This document shows, in pieces, positions 63,635-64,000 of a stretch of DNA of 64,000 bases. Source of the stretch: Calcarisporiella thermophila CBS 279.70 (Eukaryota; Fungi; Calcarisporiellomycota); NCBI RefSeq assembly GCF_041956535.1, contig NW_027192209.1:429341-493340 (forward strand), written 5' to 3'. Both the position numbers and the translations under genes were made by a program. Positions within the stretch are counted from its first letter, which is position 1. Each line of letters begins with the position of its first letter. Under the pieces are notes generated by a model that was not told the origin of the DNA, ran no database searches, and was given only the letters and a program-made list of their open reading frames with translations.

Positions 63635-64000
63635 GAAAATACCCCATTTTAGTTGCTTCTTCTTTTGCCTCTCTCTGATGCCTATATCCAGAAGGTAGAA
63701 TCTATTCTTATTAAGACATTTAAGCATGCGAGAATTGCCTTGCGAATATGACGTGTCTAATCGCCATGCCGAGCTACGTGGTGCTCCAACTTTAACCTGG
63801 ACTATAAATCACTGCTCTTATCGAACTGTTGTCTCCTCAGACTCCCGCCCAATTATTGTAGTAGGTTGAATTTAGTAGAGGGATGAAAATGGCTGAGAAT
63901 TTGGGGGATAAAAATCCCCCTCTTACTCCAACCGTAGTAATGAGGTTGAGAATGATGATACAGTCGTTTTTCCCATTAGTGCATCCCTATTTAGCCATCC
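63635..64000. repeat. Dispersed repeat, copy 2 (inverted relative to 39068-39412), runs off the window
   Basis: The reverse complement aligns with 39068-39412 along its whole length. Confidence 0.9.

Overview
Intron-rich eukaryotic DNA from a non-Dikarya fungus, most likely Mucoromycota. This is inferred from the short GT-AG introns, a CblC/MMACHC gene, an Rfs-type NIS siderophore synthetase and fungal housekeeping genes. About 30 genes are present: mS38/COX24, MMACHC, NIS synthetase, VPS20, GDI1, an eEF1Bgamma-like GST, a CBS-PB1 protein, WBP2-like, RAD23, cobQ, SAF1-like, PHO84, SPB4, SF3B4, ARF1, RTC3, KCH1, an M13 peptidase, NDUFA4, a class-3 lipase, TRS85, a SAP/PP6R subunit, HIBCH, BRAP2/ETP1 and an amidohydrolase-3. 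There is a 932-nt assembly gap. The main observations are: (1) a spliced, apparently intact cobyric acid synthase (cobQ/cbiP), normally a prokaryotic B12-biosynthesis enzyme, about 17 kb from the B12-processing gene cblC; (2) a three-member family of intronless secreted KR(Kex2)-processed proteins with a conserved Asn/Ala-rich core and variable 6-residue tandem repeats, one copy frameshifted; (3) a (Cys-Cys-Asp-Asp-Asp)16 coding repeat missed by the ORF track; (4) a diverged inverted dispersed repeat of about 350 bp and a perfect 29-bp-arm palindrome. Gene boundaries were read by eye, and family assignments come from recognised motifs, not database searches.
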